The notes: a model not told the origin generated them from the letters alone. A DNA stretch of 59,374 nucleotides, filler included, from Bipalium vagum (GCA_037834085.1; 3 parts of 3 records of this genome joined end to end with filler, not necessarily neighbours in it), one strand, 5' to 3'. Shown: positions 1 through 13,703, counted from the whole stretch's first letter. Translations and numbers: made by a program.

Positions 1-422
1 GCCTTAACATAACAAATCTATTTTAATAATTATACAATAATTTTTTAATGAGTTTTAAAGCTAACATAAACATATTTTTTAATTAACAGTTCAAATCATA
101 AAACTTTTAATATAATTCGTAATCTACAATTATTTCTATATTTACAGGGTGACCCAAAACATATGGAGGGCATTGTATATTGACGTTCTTTAAATAAAAA
201 TATTATACAGATTAATTTTTCATTTGATTTAATTTGTAAGTTCTGATGAAAAAATGAAAATTTTAAATTAATTTTTATTTATTACCATTAATTTAAAAAA
301 TTATAAAATTAAAACAATCGAAATTTTAAATTTCATTAAAATTAAGGTTGTTTAAATAATATACCCATCAGTGATATTTCAAATTCCCATTGATATACCG
401 TCGAAATTAAAAACAATCTATA

Positions 423-3400
423 ATGAAACGAAATTTAGAAATATTTAGAGATAAGTCTAAATTTATTAAACTGCAAAAAAACAGTTCGCCATCATTATCA
501 AAAATGATAATTTATGAAAATTGTTTCAACTATTTATATTTTGATCAAATGCCATTGGAAATCAAACACAAAATATTATCCTATCTTGAAAGTAATTGAG
601 AGTTAATTTGTTCGGGTTTATTGAAACTCTTTTCTTTTAACAGTTAGCGAGTTGCTTAACATGTGCAAAGTCTCCAATTATTTCAGTCTCATGATCCAAT
701 CATATATTAATTCTAAATCGTGCTTTCAAACAAAATATTTTCACGGACCCCATTCCAGCTTCATCAAACAACAGGATAACCAATCCATGATCAAATTATA
801 TCAAAGCATAGGTAACGGTATAGAAGATATTTGTTCTTTTAACCCACTCTCTCTCTAGGTCGATTGTATCGGTGTATTTACCGAGACTATTCCTTCACTG
901 TGAACATTAACTTTATATCGTCCGTTCTCCACAAGGTGAGCACCTTTCACATCTACCGTTGACCATTCATCACCCGTCTTTGTCGTTCAGCACGTCTGCT
1001 TTGGAAGGACCAACCTCGCAGTCGACCTCGAGAGTGCGCCGAGCTGTACTAATTATTCCCTTTGTCCCTCTATGACTAATTTTGGTCACTTTCTTCGAGA
1101 GTTCGTTTCCCAATGGAACGAGACCCAGGTCCGTCGTCTGTTTCAGACGTTAATCCAGTACTGCTTCGGCTCCAATTTCTGGAAGCGTTTCACTCGACTA
1201 CTCTTCAAGCATCCTGGTACGATTTGTGATTGGACACGTGACGTTCATTTTGGCTTCGGAATCGTGACATTCCTTTTCCAGGTACTGACATAGAAGAGGA
1301 GCTCGTCGTTAGACTGTTTCTCAGAAGGGTCTTTCTCAATCCCGACTGCCGAATCAACTCGTTCGAGGACGCCTGGAGCTCGCTTGAGGATATACCGAAT
1401 TCAAACCCGTCGTCGACTGGTGGTGCGCCAAAATTCATCAATCAGGAAGAAATCGACAAGTACGAGAGCGCAAAGCGAAAATGGTATCATATTTTTATTT
1501 GTCATATCCTTTGTTTTTCTATTTGGATTTTTCTACAACGGTTCAACTTTTCTGTTTAAATTAATTTGTTGTTACGAACCCCACCGTCCCCTTAGACTAT
1601 TCATTTTTTTATTTGGTACTCTTTTCATTGATTTTTCATAATGATTGATTTTTGTCGTTGATTTTATGTTTTTCGACTCTTTCATATTTCTATTGATTTT
1701 ATTTTGTCAAGGAAATCAATAATTAAAATACATTTGAAATCATTGAAATAAATATCACAAATTCACATTTTTATCGATTTCTTGTCAGACTTTATTATTT
1801 TTCTCAATTCAAAACTCTCACAAAAGTCCAAGATTCCCTCGATACTCTTCTTATTTTCTCTGGTACTCTGGCTTTTTATCGATTTATCTGTTATTTTTTC
1901 TTGTGTGCCAAGGATTTTTTTTGGGCTCTTCACTTTTATGAATTGTTTGTTTATTAACCCTGTGTTCGTCACAAAATAGTCTTATGGAAAATTCTTTCTT
2001 TTTTTTCTGGATACCATTTCTCGAGAAAACATCGAAAATCAAAAAGAATATACTCATTTCAATTTTTTTTTGTTTTCGCAATTCAAAAAATTATAGTTGT
2101 AAAGTTTAGGCCCTCGTCGACCCCGAGTTCATCCTATTTGATTGTTATTTTTTTCATTCTTTTGTAGCACTTACTTTTGTACTTTCCGTTTTCGCACTTT
2201 CTCTGTTTCTTTTTTTTATATTAATTCCGCTTGGCTATCTTTTTCCATGCACGATTTTCTACAGCCAAGTGGCAATCGATTTTTTTCACTTTGTTTCTGT
2301 ACACAGTCAATCGTAGATAGGAAAACAGTTTTTTTAAAAAAATCAACGATAAAAATATCTGTTTAAAAAAATAGATTCACCTTTATATCGATTGCGTAAT
2401 TTCTGTCTTTTTCTCTTTCTCTCTTTTTACTGATTTATATTCTTCCTTTCTTTGCTATTTGTGATGGTAGTGGTTTTTTCCTTTGTCCTCCCTCACAAGA
2501 AAGATTTCAATGAATCCATCTAACAGTGGTGTTCCTTTTTTGTTTTCATGTGACACTTTGTTCACCATTTTATCGATTTATCCCTCGACTTATTTTGGGA
2601 AAAGTCAAACGGGCTGCAGTAACTCTATTGGCGCCATTACAGTCCACCAGTTCCCCAGGAAAGTTGGCATCAACGCCGCGCAGCGTACCGGCGCCGAGGA
2701 AGAAAACAAGTTCACACTGATCTGGCTGAACGAGATCATCAAATCCTACCACATTGGCCATCAGGCCAAAATTCTCTTCATTCTCTACGGACCGCTGCAC
2801 AAAAGTGAGTTCCACTCTCTTTTCTTTGTTGTTGACTTTACGTATCCCCCACCCCAATCTATTCCCAATCAATAACTCTCTCTTTCTGTATCTCTAGACA
2901 AACTCATGTGGAACGCCATGTGTGAAAATACCGCGGCCGACCCAGCCCAGGTCTCGGCATGCTTCGGAGAGCTCGGCTGGACCTTGCGATTGCTGCTGAG
3001 CGGCAACTGCTGGTCGCAGTACGAGATTGTGTCCGTGCTGGAGGAGATGACAAACTTCCCAGACGAGTGGCTGGCTGAGAACATTGCCTGCCTGCTCTAC
3101 ACTTCTGGCTACGCCATCGCTAGCCAATATGTATCGTTCAAGGCCCTCAAGGGCATGGCCTCCGAGGTCGCGATCACGTTGACATCCATGTGTCTAGTCC
3201 AGGTCAAGCTGGGCACCAACTTCCGTAACGTGCTAGCTCTCGTCGACAAGGCCTGTGCCTCAACCGCCTCCAAGCGGGAAAAGCGCTATTTGCTTGACAA
3301 ACTGGCTGTATCGTTCCAGGACGTCATTGTCGATTTGTACGAGACCGATGAGATCGGTAAAATGTGTATCATTTGGTTTTGTTACTGTTTTTGATTTTCT

Positions 3401-3538
3401 GTTTCATGTAAATCGATATTTTTCCATTTGATGATATTATTGATCTTTTCAGATAATCGATTGGAGGACTTTTCGACACTTCTCAAAGCACAGGCTAGTT
3501 TTGTTCGAGCCATTTTCAAACGGATGTATGAGGAATAA
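423..3538 (+). CDS. FBXO47: F-box only protein 47 (meiotic F-box protein, PROM-1-like), 8 exons
   Basis: Phase-consistent GT-AG exons 423-591, 644-811, 859-935, 991-1216, 1282-1483 (or 1459), ~2527-2804 (acceptor uncertain), 2898-3356, 3453-3538. F-box FDQMPLEIKHKILSYLE. FBXO47-type blocks FGHFLREFVSQW, ELVVRLFLRRVFL, WLNEII..QAKILFILYGP, VLEEMTNFPDEWLAENIACLLYTSG, LLKAQASF. Confidence 0.9.
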
Positions 3539-4314
3539 TTCCTGAATTTTTCTTTGTGATTCTTTGATGATGATAATAATAATGATAATAATAATAAATA
3601 AGTAATAATAATTTTATTATTATCGATTATTAAAGATATGATATTGGTTATTATTAATTATTGGTTATTATAATTATTATTATTGATTATTATTATTCTC
3701 TTATTACATTTGGCGACGTGTTCATTTTTCTATTTTTTGCGAGTTGGTTATGTTTCAATGTTTTGTTTTGTGATTAACTTTTTTTATTTCCATATTAAAT
3801 GATGCTTTGTTTTATTGATTTATTTAAATTTTAAATCTTCGTAGTCTGTGTTCTTTATGAAATATTCCAATTCTACCAAAAAATCATACATTTTGTTAAA
3901 TCACTTATTTTAAATTCGTGAGTCAGAGTCAATAACGTTGCAATGGAATTTTAAAAACGAAAGTATCTTTGAAAAAACATTTTAAGTCTTATGGTTCCCA
4001 CCGGACAGTTTCTTACAAACGTCACTAATTTATTTCTTAACAGTAAAGTTAGCACTATAATGCAAGTTTCAATCTGACTCTCCATTAGTTCATGTAATAA
4101 AAATCATTTTATTGGTATCACCATATAGTTAATCTTATCAAAATTCAAAGTTTGAATGCAAACGATTATTTCAATCAAAAACATAAAAACCGATTTAGTT
4201 TCAAATTTGTTAAAATCAATATTAAATAACAATCAAATGGGAAGAAATAAATGTTATTAATATTATGGATCACAATAGATCAATTAATTGTCAATAAAAG
4301 AAAATGTTAAAGAC

Positions 4315-4460
4315 GACCGAGTTCCACAAGGGTGTCTGGTTATCCTTAATTGCAAAGATCATGAGATTTATCAATTGAATGAAATCAAAACTTCGCAAAT
4401 AAAAAAATTGTGTTCTTCAAACTGTTTCGTAAATCAAGAATAATCTGTAATCTTCAACAT
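4315..4460 (+). repeat. Dispersed repeat family 2, copy 1
   Basis: gagttccacaagggtgtctggttatccttaattgcaaagatcat...aactgtttcgtaaatcaagaataatctgtaatcttc matches the reverse complement of 37400-37505. Confidence 0.75.
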
Positions 4461-4829
4461 CAAAAATAAATTGATTTTTTTGAATTACCTCACAAATCCA
4501 AAAAGTTCTAGCATTCAGTGGACAAAAATATCCTTTACTCTTTATTTGTGAATTTCTCCTGCAAATCAAATGACCAAAATCATTGACTGGCGCCAGAAGT
4601 TGAGAAAACTTTTCAAATTTTTATAAAATAAATTAATTGCAAATGTCAGATACCACTCAGGAAAATCAATCTTTATTGTGACCTCAAATGAAAATGTGTA
4701 CTTACTCATACGAATCGAAACAGGGAAAATTGTATGATTTTGAGTAATTTTTCTGTAAATGACTAAAAACCATTGTATTTTTGAACGTTGAATTCAGAAA
4801 GATACCAACAACTTCTGAAAATTGGTCTA

Positions 4830-5100
4830 TTGCCCACTCTAATGCGCACTCTTGCTAAACGGAAGTCAATTTCAACACATGCCTACAGATAAACATAGAA
4901 CATTTTGGAGCTCTATGATGCCAACTTCTTTCCAAGTTCAGATATGACCCCAATCAAAAATGTACTGGGTCGCATGGAGTAAGTTCTGAAACAAGATTAT
5001 AAGGTACCAGCTGACAGAGACCAGTTTTTCTCTACGTTGAAGGAAATATGGAATATCTTAAAGAACAGCATACAATTACGCCTTATTTTGATTGAATCCA
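4830..5100 (+). mobile_element. Decayed Tc1-like transposase fragment
   Basis: SSDMTPIKNVLGRME resembles the Tc1 SPDLNPIENVW motif. Stops and frameshifts present. Confidence 0.45.
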
Positions 5101-5909
5101 TTATTAATTATTTAATTTAATTTAAACACATTTTAAATAATTTTTTTATTTTATTCACTGAAAATAAATTAAGTAAACAAATTTAATCCATTTGGCGTAT
5201 ATCAGCAAACCTATTTACATGTTCCTAATTACTTAAGACTCAAATCATCTATATGTCCAATAATCTCAAATTTTTTACCTTAACAAATTTTGTTTACGGA
5301 ACATTACTAAATTACTAAATAATAAATAAAATTACTAAATAATCAGACAGACCTTTGTATGGAATAAACGGGATCTTCAAAGGATAACGGCAAAACTCAG
5401 AAGAATCAAATGTGATTGATCTTTCGTAACCTTCTTTTTTATTCTTCGACTATATTTACACTATAGGCAATATTTTTCGTTAGTTTGAATAATTAAATCA
5501 TTTTATAAAATTCTCCTTAGAAAACCCGAAATCCAAAGATGAGAAGTATTTATAAAACTAATAATATAAATAAAGGTTGAATTCCAGCAGGATCACGAAT
5601 TTCTGGATGATTGCTTTGGTCTAAGTTAAATCTAATTTACATGAGATTGTCTTCTTGGATCAGCACCATAACAAGGTATATCGCATCGTAAGATTTCAAC
5701 ATCATTAAAAATCGTTCCCTTGAATGAAAAATTATTTCTTTCAAAGGATTTTCAGGTTAATTTAATCCTATAAAAATTTATCCAATTTAATTTAAACTTT
5801 ACTTTATTATAATCTGATATTTATTAATATATAATTATTATATGTAAAACACTGTTAAAAATCTATTATTACATGTAAAATAGAAACTTTGTTGACTAAA
5901 TCAAAAACG

Positions 5910-6200
5910 TAATAAAAAATCTTCTCTTATTCCTTTTAGGACAAATGATCGTACATGTGCTAGAAATCCTTCACAATCATTGGCAGAAACAGATTTACTA
6001 GCAAGGATGATACATTGATTTAACTCTTCAATAGTATTTGCATTTCCTGTTTTGATGTAATATTTCCATTTTTCGAAAACATCTTGAATAGGATTCAGTT
6101 GTGGTGAGTAGAGGATTCAGCTAGAAATGATCATTTCTTTTTTCAGCTGTTTTGTGGCATTATCCATAATTATTATTCCAGATTTTAATCAACGATCTTT
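5910..6200 (-). mobile_element. Decayed Tc1/IS630-type transposase C-terminus
   Basis: Minus strand reads IIMDNA then YSPQLNPIQDVFEKWKYYIK...IEELNQCI...CEGFLAHV, the typical DDE_3 tail. Confidence 0.75.
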
Positions 6201-6564
6201 CAATTTAGTGAACATATTTACTAAGCATTAAAGCCTTCAAAATTGTACGCTTGCCTTTCCTTTATACAAAAAAAGAATTACAAGATGGAATAATCTAATA
6301 TAAAATTCCTTTATCATAAATTCTTATTAACATATACATTTATACATACATTATTTACATAAATTCTTATTTACATATTTTTCGTTCTAAGAAACCTAAT
6401 TCAATCCTCGAATCTTCAAATCAAATTTCTTTCTTGAAAAATACAAACGGCACTCCGAAATTTGAACAAAGAATGAGATCACCAATTTTAACCCATTGTT
6501 CTATATCATTTGATAAGACAATTAAAATACGAGAAGAATAATTTATTTCATCTGATAACCAATT

Positions 6565-8902
6565 CTAAACGACGACGCTCAGTTTTGCTAAAGACAATCT
6601 GAGTGAATTACAATTCTTAAACCAGACATTATGAAACGGCTGATGTGATTGACAAAGCTTCACCATTTGATAAAGGGACACAAATCCCAAACCTCGACCT
6701 TTTCCAACGAGAATCGACTGATCAGCCAATTCCACAAACCCAATAGCCGGTCGAATCAATTCGAATTCATTCGGTGGCTGCTGAATTTCAGTTTTATATT
6801 CATCTGTCTTGTCGGCAGCCATTATGACGGCATTAGTACAAGTGGCACTTGAAAAACATTCCAATACAACTGGAATCAGAGCATATTTCGCATGTGGACT
6901 AAAATCGTTCAGCTCCTCAAAGGTCGGTCGAACTTTTCCTTGCAAAATCGGATCAGCCACTCTAAAAAGAAAGTTGATGTCTCTCATAACAAAGAACGTT
7001 TTTTCCGAATCCGGCATAAACGAGTTCCAGGAGCAAACAAAAGGACTATTTGTAGAATTTGTTTTGTAATTCACCCTTTTTGCCGGTGGGGTACGTTTCC
7101 AACGCGACAGTTGCTGTTCTCTCTTTGTTTCAGATTCCAAAGAGCCCTGCTGCGAATCTGGCCAGCCAAAGAACGGAAAGCAGTCATTTTTCGACATCAG
7201 GGACTTGGCCTCAAGAGCACAGAACCGAGACCAATAGCGCGCGCCGATCACTCGACAGCCTTTCATCACCAGTGTCATCCACATTGCCATGGCCCACTTG
7301 GCATGAACAATTAAATCCCATCCCCCAGGTGCTTTTTCGTCCAAATAGTGAAATCTTGACATCAGAATAAAACATTCATCGTCTTCTTTTACGGGATGAT
7401 CAAGCTTAAATAGTTAATTAAAAATTCAATAAAATAATTTAAATCATTTTTCCAATCAATATAAAATTATTTTAGTAGTTAATGTTTTCTAAAAGAATCA
7501 ATTTCTATTTTAAAAGGCTTTTAGAAATCATTCTCAAACTTTCTAGAAGAGGTCAAACATAAAATAAGAGCATTACGTCTATTTTTATGCCATTTTCTAT
7601 TTCAGAAATGTTTTTTGTCTGGATAGCATTTAGAACATGCGCATTACTTTGAAACTGCGAAGATCCCAGCTCAACTTGGGGAATGTTATCAGCACAGCAA
7701 ATCGAGCGCATTGGAATGTCAGTCTGTTTTAGAGTAGGTCTTTGCAAATAGAAAATCATTATAAAGAAGAAAATTTTTCGTACCTTTTCGATTTCAAGTT
7801 TTTAAGGGAAGTTTGTAAGACAAATTCTCTGGGAACGGAACTTAAAGGCACAGATATGAGTTTGTCAAACTGATCAGAGCCTTCAAGAAGACTGGATATT
7901 ATATTCTGAGACAACTGGCCAAGAAGACGAAATCGACAAAATTCACTACTTCGATTACGCATGACAATTTTCCTTTTGTCACTGAACCAGCAGTTAGTGT
8001 GAACTTCTTCAAAAGCGAAAACCATCTTCAATGCTGAAATAACTTCATCTACTATAGATGGATGAACGCTAATAAAAGCAGATGATCCATGCTGAAAATT
8101 AAACAATCATAATGTAGATTTTATTTAAATAAAACTTTTCATGAAATATCAATATTTTGATTACCTCTTGCTCATTGCTTATTCTCAACAATTTACAAGG
8201 ACCTATGGCATAGAACGGATAGGAATCAGGCTTGTACATAGTGAATGAAACCTCTTTTCCGCCTTTAATACGTTTTTTTAATGATTGAACAAGTTCTGGA
8301 TTTACAAGTCGACAAAAATGTTTAATAATTTTGCTAATTTTCCCACAAAGTTCGAAAATCGAGAAATAACTTATATCAACAACACAACATCCACTGAAAC
8401 ATAAATGTTAAATTAATCACTGTCTTCTAATGATTCATTGTACTTTTTCATGGCTTTCGTGCTAGGGCGAAAGCATTTTTGCGCTGGCTCGTGTGGTATC
8501 CGCCAGCCCCATTTGTTGATCATTTTGAAGCGCTTGGCGTGCCAAATGTGAGTGAACAGCCACTTGTTTTTCGATTGACGTTTCTGATAAACCTCTTTCA
8601 GATTTAAATGTCTACGTCGATATTTACGACATTTCTTGGAAACTTTAGAAGCTGCTATAATTTTTGCCTTGATAATTTGAGTCATTAATAAAATCCGATA
8701 AAAATCTAACTGATTTTTGAAAACGATGGGGCAGTCGCTTTATATTGTGACTAGCAGCTCTACGGCGAAGAGAAATTGGTAACCTCTGCAATTGGGTCAA
8801 AGCGGAAGCACTGAGTATGTTTACATCCTTTGAAAATCGCTTCAATTCTTCAGCATGGTCGATTAAATAAGTGTTAAAATCAAAATTTTTCTCGTTAGTC
8901 AT
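6565..8902 (-). CDS. POP1: RNase P/MRP protein subunit POP1, 6 exons, ~651 aa
   Basis: Exons 8902-8711, 8667-8444, 8393-8165, 8091-7784, 7739-7577, 7404-6565 sum to 1956 nt in frame. Motifs LRRRAASHNIKRLP, KYRRR, WLFTHIWHAKRFKM..KWGWRIP, DISY, GWDLIV..WAMAMW (POPLD), WKRTPPAKRVNY, IGFV...GKGRGLG. Confidence 0.95.
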
Positions 8903-9535
8903 ATTTGATGAATATTAAAACAAAACTTTAAATTTATACACGAATTTATTAAGAATTTACTGTAAGATCAGATATTTTGTGAATTAAAAACTTTATTTCC
9001 ATAGTTATACAACCAAAGGCATGTGTACTTTTTTTGAACCATGGTTTTATTATAATTTTTATGTATTATTTTGAACAAAAAATGCTTTGATTTCTAAAGC
9101 AGAATGGAAATTACAGGCAGAACATAAGAAATATTTGGTTGAAGTTTGATTGAAATGCTATAGGTTATTGGTTTGTTTTAATATTAATTTTCGAAATAAA
9201 GTTTGATTTTAAGGGTTAAACATAATTGCGATAGCCATACGATTCTCTTTAAAAGCAGATCTTTTGATTGATATATTTGATTTAAGTGCATATTTTGATT
9301 AATTTCTGGCAAATTTCCAATACCATTTCTAGAAATTTTATCGGGTCCAATAAAGAAAATCTAACCAGTACGATTAATTTACATAAATATTAAAGAATCT
9401 GAAACAAAATTGTTGTGTTTGCCAAAGGCACAGACTGTAAAGATGGTGAATGATAATATTCATAATGATATTAACTTTTTAAAAATCGAAAATTTTAAAG
9501 TATTGAAAAAACCAGTATATATAATGATATATTGC

Positions 9536-9680
9536 TTGTCTCTTAGTGGAGACAATTTTTGTAATAAATTGACTAACCTTATCTCGGCGTGGATCAATGG
9601 TTATTATAGGAAATAGCCATCTCAAAGCGCATGGATTATTGATCGTAGACCAATCTCTACGACTACATAAAGAGACTGCC
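9536..9680 (+). repeat. Dispersed repeat family 1 (solo-LTR-like), partial copy in opposite orientation
   Basis: aaatagccatctcaaagc...tgatcgtagaccaatctctacgactacataaagagac is the reverse complement of blocks at 10478-10530 and 36525-36590. Confidence 0.75.
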
Positions 9681-10165
9681 CAAAAATAAAACGACCCAAG
9701 AAAAGTTTTTCTTACTTTACAAAGATGAAGACAATTTTGGGGGCATCAAAGTTAGAAAAATTAAAATATTTTTGATTTCTTGCAAAGTTAGAATTTTCCA
9801 AGGAAAATGATCTTTTAAATAAGGTAATCAAAAATAGATAAGGTCTGCATAATGCCAAATAAGTAATATATTGTTACTATTTCCTTAAATCGAAATATGT
9901 AACTTTAGCTAGAATTTCACTAACACTGATCACAAGAATCACGATAAATGTTTGAAGAATCAATAAAAAGTCAACTTATTCAAATGTCTGAATAAAATAA
10001 ATTACTGTTAATAATCAAATTCTAACAATCACACTAACAAATCAAGCAAATGTTAAAAATCATCAAATAAATGAATTATAAAACAAAATACCATGATTAA
10101 AACAAAATATTATAATTAAAACAAAATTTGATAATTAAAACAAAAAGATTAAACAATAAAAGATC

Positions 10166-10630
10166 CTCTCACCGGGAGCAGCAATGGATCCCAGTGTCGT
10201 CCTCTAGGTTATTTTTGGTTCCATAAGCATTCGAAAACTCGACGTGTCCATTGTAAAATCCTGTGCTATAGTCATCTGCAAGCAAGAAAAACACGAATAA
10301 TATTTTTGGATCAACGTCTTCTTTCACAAAATCAGTTTGTCTTCGGTAATTTTCTTCTTCAGAAATATTTAACCTTCAATAATCTTCAACCAACAATTTC
10401 TTTGATATCTTGCACAAAAATAATCTTAATCAATATTCTCACGAATTTCTTTACAAGAATTTCTGGAGATAACCAACTCCTTATATAGTCATAGAGATTG
10501 GATCTCTACGTTTAGACGGCTATTTCCCTTAAAAGTCCATAAATTCAAACTTTATCTCTACGGCAAGATAAAGGTGCTTTAAATTTAATAGAAAATATAA
10601 TTTATTGTTCCAACAGCGGGACATAATTAT
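10166..10630 (-). repeat. Dispersed repeat family 1 (solo-LTR-like), core of copy A
   Basis: Shares tcaccgggagc..gtcgtcctct, ttatatagtc.tagag, gacggctattt and aatttattgt....gacata with other copies. Minus strand has CCAAT (10497-10501) then TATATAA (10481-10487). Confidence 0.75.
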
Positions 10631-11439
10631 TGTTTTTATAAATTTACTAAATTTTATATATCATTATCTCGACGCCCAGATTTTAATAAACTCTTATAAA
10701 TATTATTTTTAAAAGTTCATTTTTAATTAACATTATTACTATTCTTGTTTTTATTATTATTACTCCCAATCTTCATGGTTCGTGCCTTTGCCAAACCCAA
10801 AAATATTAATAATACTCTTGTCAAATCGACGTGATTACAAGTCGATAGTGCTAAAATCTTAAGAAATATTTATTGAATTTTTTTAAAATCAGTGTATACC
10901 AAAGTAATATAAAAAACCCTTTGAAACAAATATATTATTATTCACAAATTAAGAATCTCTAAGAATCTTTTCAAAATTATTTTGTTAATTTAAATTCGAA
11001 AACTTACTTTTCCTAACTTATCGGATACTTTTCTTAAGTCCAAGGAAAACTGCATCAATTATTGAAAGACTTTCCCATTTTTGTATCTAAACATTATACT
11101 TAGATTTATTTCTGGGTAAAAGACTCCTGTACTTGTTACCATATTCAACTTAGTATTTTCAAAATGACAAAGATAGCCACTCTTACTGTCCTGTAATTGG
11201 GGAGAGAGTACATTGTTTTCGATGTTGATCCATCCAAAATTCAATACAAGTTTTGGGGTTTTATATTGCCTCGACTTATTTGTTTTATTCAATTAATAGG
11301 GCTCACCAACTTTTTAGAAGGAAGTGAATTTAATAAGAGATTTTGAAAAAACTAAAGTAACACTTTTTGTTTAAAAATATATATTTGTTTTATCAGAGTT
11401 TATATACAATTCTTTACAACACTAGCACACTTTTTATTA

Positions 11440-11440
<1 letters not shown>

Positions 11441-11484
<44 letters not shown>
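11441..11484. repeat. (ATT)n microsatellite
   Basis: Direct run of att triplets. Similar runs at ~14938-14985, 36985-37040 and 42831-42896. Confidence 0.95.
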
Positions 11485-11485
<1 letters not shown>

Positions 11486-13648
11486 TAGAAAATGTATTAT
11501 GTTCACTCTTAATTGTTGAAAAATAGAAGAGTTTCTTTGTTAGAATTAAATGTCTTTCTCTAAACCCAAGAGGTTAGTAGAGCAGGCTGAATAAGTGAAC
11601 AAAAAATAGAAATTGGAAAATAAACAAAAGAATCGACAATGTAAAGAAGATTTCTTTAATTGCCGAGGTTTTTCTTTAATTAAATTAAATTTTGTTTAAT
11701 TATTAATTTTACTAATTTTATTAAAGTTTTCGTCTGATTCTTGTAATTTGCCGTTTTAATTCTTTTTTTTAAATTTCAAAATGTTCGTTACCGAATGGTT
11801 TCACGTTTCAACTTGATAATGTTTTTGTCTGATTTAATGACTGAAAACAGGGGTTTATATAGTCCTGTTTCCAGCTTTTGATGTTCCTGGTTGGCTTAAT
11901 TCTTATTTACCAATTTTATCGCAATCTTGCTAATATTGCTAGCGCTTGCTGGCGAATATTTATTTTAGGCAAATATATGATATCTTTTTTTATTTTTGGT
12001 AAATATGTCTTTTTTCCATAATATTAATATTTTATGAAATTAATTAAGAAGGATAAAAAAAATTATTATTTTATTTATTTATTATTTTTATATGTTATGA
12101 TAATAATATGTTATAATATACATATACAAATTAGATCACGAAAAGGTTTATGATAAATTAATCAATTTTTATTATATCGGCCTCCTTGTCGGGTTTGTTG
12201 TTGGGTTTGACGTTGTCGTTAGCTTTATTGTCAGATTTGATGTTGACATTGTTGTTGGGTTTGGTGGATCCCTTCAGAAGCGACTTATTCATCAGGCCTA
12301 TCATAACTGGCTCCTTGACTTCAGAATTATTTTTTAGAAGTTACCAAAAACTACAATAAATAAAATAATTAGACTAAATCTTGGCATCTTTTTTATATTT
12401 AAAAAATGTTAGTCAAAGGCAAAATAGCTTTAAAAAGTCAAAATTGAACTTTTATTTTATAAAACAATGATAAGGCTTCAAGTAATTAATTAGTCTAGCT
12501 TTCTGAATTTGAAAATGGACAAGATAATCTTTTGCGACTATCTTCAAATGAAACAAATCTGTTAATAAGTTTATCTTTATTGTTCAAGAAAAAACTATAT
12601 ATATTTGGAACTAGGCAATGGAAGCACAATAGATAGTTTGCCTGATAAGGCCAGACACATAAAAAGGTCAAAGTCTACCTAATTTATTATGATTTATCAT
12701 AAGTCAGCACTACAATTTTACCAATAAGATTAACCCTGTCATTTGTGTATTATAGAATCTTCCTTTAATTTCTATTTCTCGACTAAAAGGTTATTTCATG
12801 AAATAATACTGATTTACTATTTAATACATATATCAATAGACAATGTGAAATGTCTTTGAAATACAAATATAAAAATTATTAAATTGAACGATATTTTAAA
12901 ATAATAGTAATAATAATAAAAGAATAATAAATGATCATTGTACACCTTACAATACAGAAATAGTAAATCAAAAACGAATTACTTGTCTTTTTCAACAGAA
13001 AAATATTTACTAATTTTTCTCTTAGGATTTAATAACCATATTCAGAGTTATTTTCGTTTAGCTTTCGTTTTCTTAATTACCATTTCGTTTAAATCAGTTG
13101 TTTAAATGTTTTATTTTTAGATTTATATAATTAATTAAAAATCCATTATTTAAATTACCAAAATATTTAATGTTGGGATTTAACTATCATTTTATGAACA
13201 TTAAAAAATACTTATTGCTGAATTTTCATTTGTCACTCCTAATTTATTATTGGAACATAATTAATTTTAAAGTGAATTTTCAAAACATTAACAATTCGAA
13301 AAAGAAATTCTCCACTTTGAATTTGAAATGTAAAGTTTCGATGTTCGAAAAATAATTTAAAATTTTCAAAACAAACAGTTTTGAGTGAAATATGAAACAA
13401 AATGTTATTTTTCTCAAAAATTGCAGTAGAATAATTCAAACTGTAAATTATTTTCTATTAATGACAATTAAGTGAATCTTATTACGTTCTAGAGAATAAT
13501 GTGTAAAGTCATAAGCAGAGCTTTTACTGCTTTTCTGATTCATTAGAGGTCCTAATGAAAAGGAAATTTAGAAATTTATACACACAGACTTGAAATCCGG
13601 AAGAGTAATTGGCGAAACAGGGATATTTGACTTAAAGTTTCATCAAGT

Positions 13649-13703
13649 TGTTTACATTTTACTCTGCCATGGCAACCGATTCAGATCGCCATGGCAGCCG
13701 ATT
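13649..13703. promoter_or_regulatory. Forkhead site plus two tandem RFX X-box-like motifs
   Basis: TGTTTAC at 13649-13655, TCTGCCATGGCAAC at 13663-13676 and ATCGCCATGGCAGC at 13685-13698, compared with the X-box consensus GTTGCCATGGCAAC. Confidence 0.45.

Noticed and set aside
1384-2366. Hydrophobic and Lys-rich ORFs on both strands
   Set aside because: They lie in the T-skewed long intron of FBXO47 and reflect base composition.
5347-5625. Possible chain of tiny + strand exons between FBXO47 and POP1
   Set aside because: Phases can be made to fit, but there is no start, no recognisable motif, and GT/AG pairs are common by chance.
6649-7370. Plus-strand ORFs opposite POP1 (likewise opposite GSTCD, FBXO47, the R9AP-like gene, innexin and the retroelement)
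   Set aside because: Antisense shadows of real coding sequence with no independent motifs.
11059-12330. ORF 11059-11292 and the Asn/Lys/Pro-rich repeat at 12180-12330
   Set aside because: No recognisable family or supported splice structure.
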